From Paludibacterium sp. (GTDB taxonomy: Bacteria > Pseudomonadota > Gammaproteobacteria > Burkholderiales > Chromobacteriaceae), in NCBI RefSeq assembly GCF_019232825.1, contig NZ_JAFAND010000118.1:7498-71497 (forward strand): a DNA stretch of 64,000 nucleotides, read 5' to 3'. The notes beneath the pieces were generated by a model. That model saw only the letters and a list, made by a program, of their open reading frames with translations. It did not search any database and was not told the DNA's origin. How positions within the stretch are numbered: position 1 is the stretch's first letter; each line of letters begins with the position of its first letter. The translations under genes were made by a program, and so were the position numbers. This document shows, piece by piece, positions 63,052 through 64,000 of the stretch.

Positions 63052-63960
63052 TTACGCTTCGCGGCGGGCGTAATACGCCCGCACACTTTGCACAAAGGCG
63101 CGCACCAGCGCCGATTCGTCGTCCGGGCGATACGCCACGCCAATGCCGATGGCCATCGCGCCCCCTTCCGACAAGGGCCGGTAAACCACGCCGCCGCGCC
63201 GGATAGCCGTCAACGAGCGGGCGATCAGGCCAATGCCGCCGTCAGCCGCGATCCGGCCGAGCAGCACGTGATGGTCTTCGGGTTCCAATACGATGCGCGG
63301 AGAGAACGACAGCGCCGCAAACAAGCGCTGGCAGTGATCGTGGAAAGCCGGATTACGCCCGCGCTCAAACCAAAACAACGTCTCATCGCGCAAGTCGTTC
63401 AGCGACAGCCGGCGTTTACGCGCCAGCGGATGACCGCTCGGCAGCGCCACCGCCAGCGGGTCGTCGAACAGGCGCTCCACCTTCAACGCGCCCGTCGACG
63501 ACGGCAAGCCGATCAGCGCCACATCCAAATCGCCCCGGCGCAACCGTTCCACCAACTGACGGGAGATGCGCGACTGGACGTTCAATTGAATATCGGGATA
63601 TTCCGCCTTGAACAACGACGTCAGGTCCGGGAAGACCGCGCTATCGACCACCGTGGTCAAGCCGACAGTCAACGTGCGCGCGCTGGCGCCCGCCTCGGCG
63701 CGCGCCTTCTGCAAGGTCGCGTCGACGTCGGCGAGCAACGCGCGCGCATCTTGCAAAAAACGCTTGCCGGCCTCGGTGAGACGTACGCCCTGACGATCAC
63801 GTTCGAGCAGCTGAACGCCTAACATCTCTTCCAAACGCCGGATCTGCCGGCTCAGCGGCGGCTGCGTCATACAGAGCCGCTCGGCGGCCGCGCGAAAGTT
63901 CAATGTCTCGGCGACGGCGACGAAACAAGCCAATTGGCGGGTTTTCAGCATGGCACTCAT
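63052..63960 (-). CDS. LysR family transcriptional regulator
   Basis: 302 aa. N-terminal HTH (LKTRQLACFVAVAETLNFRAAAERLCMTQPPLSRQIRRLEEMLGVQLLER) and a LysR substrate-binding domain. Confidence 0.9.
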   Translation of the reverse strand: MSAMLKTRQLACFVAVAETLNFRAAAERLCMTQPPLSRQIRRLEEMLGVQLLERDRQGVRLTEAGKRFLQDARALLADVDATLQKARAEAGASARTLTVGLTTVVDSAVFPDLTSLFKAEYPDIQLNVQSRISRQLVERLRRGDLDVALIGLPSSTGALKVERLFDDPLAVALPSGHPLARKRRLSLNDLRDETLFWFERGRNPAFHDHCQRLFAALSFSPRIVLEPEDHHVLLGRIAADGGIGLIARSLTAIRRGGVVYRPLSEGGAMAIGIGVAYRPDDESALVRAFVQSVRAYYARREA

Positions 63961-64000
63961 ACAAAAAAGGTATCAGCAAAATGGCATTGGCGTAGCAATA

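Noticed and set aside
1-64000. Searched for CRISPR arrays, tRNA/rRNA genes, IS elements, integrases, phage genes and known defence-system signatures (including a CBASS-like role for the patatin gene).
   Set aside because: None was seen: there are no regularly spaced direct repeats, no transposase- or integrase-like translations, and no cloverleaf-like conserved segments. The patatin protein carries a signal peptide and an Omp85 barrel (type Vd lipase) and has no cyclase partner, so it is not a CapV-type effector.

Overview
This is a high-GC (roughly 63-65% by eye) chromosomal segment with about 62 protein-coding genes. I saw no rRNA, tRNA, CRISPR array, transposase or integrase. Gene content and codon bias suggest a facultatively anaerobic beta-proteobacterium of the Chromobacterium/Aquitalea type, but that is inference only. 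All calls rest on reading the ORF translations for family motifs, operon logic, start/stop coupling and hairpins; no database search was possible.

Layout of the window:
- 1-6.9 kb: a colinear malonate decarboxylase operon mdcABCDEFGH, with mdcA cut by the window edge.
- 6.9-19.9 kb: regulators, two MFS pumps, GNATs, a FIST protein coupled to a soluble histidine kinase, and three unknown proteins.
- 19.9-20.4 kb: a 550-bp AT-rich non-coding island holding two mini transcription units.
- 20.4-24.2 kb: an OmpR-type two-component system bracketed by two MipA/OmpV paralogs.
- 24.4-39.3 kb: a single-strand anaerobic nitrate block, moaA-narXL-narK-nirBD-narGHJI.
- 39.5-45.6 kb: an accessory-looking patch. 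It holds three tandem paralogs of a small secreted four-cysteine protein, a 47-codon secreted peptide absent from the ORF track, a ToxR/MarT-like membrane regulator overlapping a small anchored partner, and an Hpt-HD-GYP fusion.
- 45.9-47 kb: a cold-shock protein gene and trpC.
- 47-62.2 kb: a patatin/Omp85 (type Vd-like) phospholipase, then a complete hydrogenase-4-type formate hydrogenlyase operon hyfABCDEFGHIJ-hycI-hyfR with a good sigma-54 promoter and upstream palindromes.
- 62.5-64 kb: a lipocalin gene and a LysR regulator.

Nothing here is an obvious known defence or mobile system. The best candidates for something undescribed are:
- the tandem secreted four-cysteine protein family with its small peptide;
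- the ToxR-like pair and the neighbouring Hpt-HD-GYP;
- the AT-rich island with an sRNA candidate;
- short repeat families (CTAGGGTCTGTCTGC-type hairpins; CTAGTTC/GAACTAG pairs confined to nitrate-cluster intergenic regions).

Most long ORFs in the track that lie antisense to these genes are high-GC shadow ORFs and were rejected.
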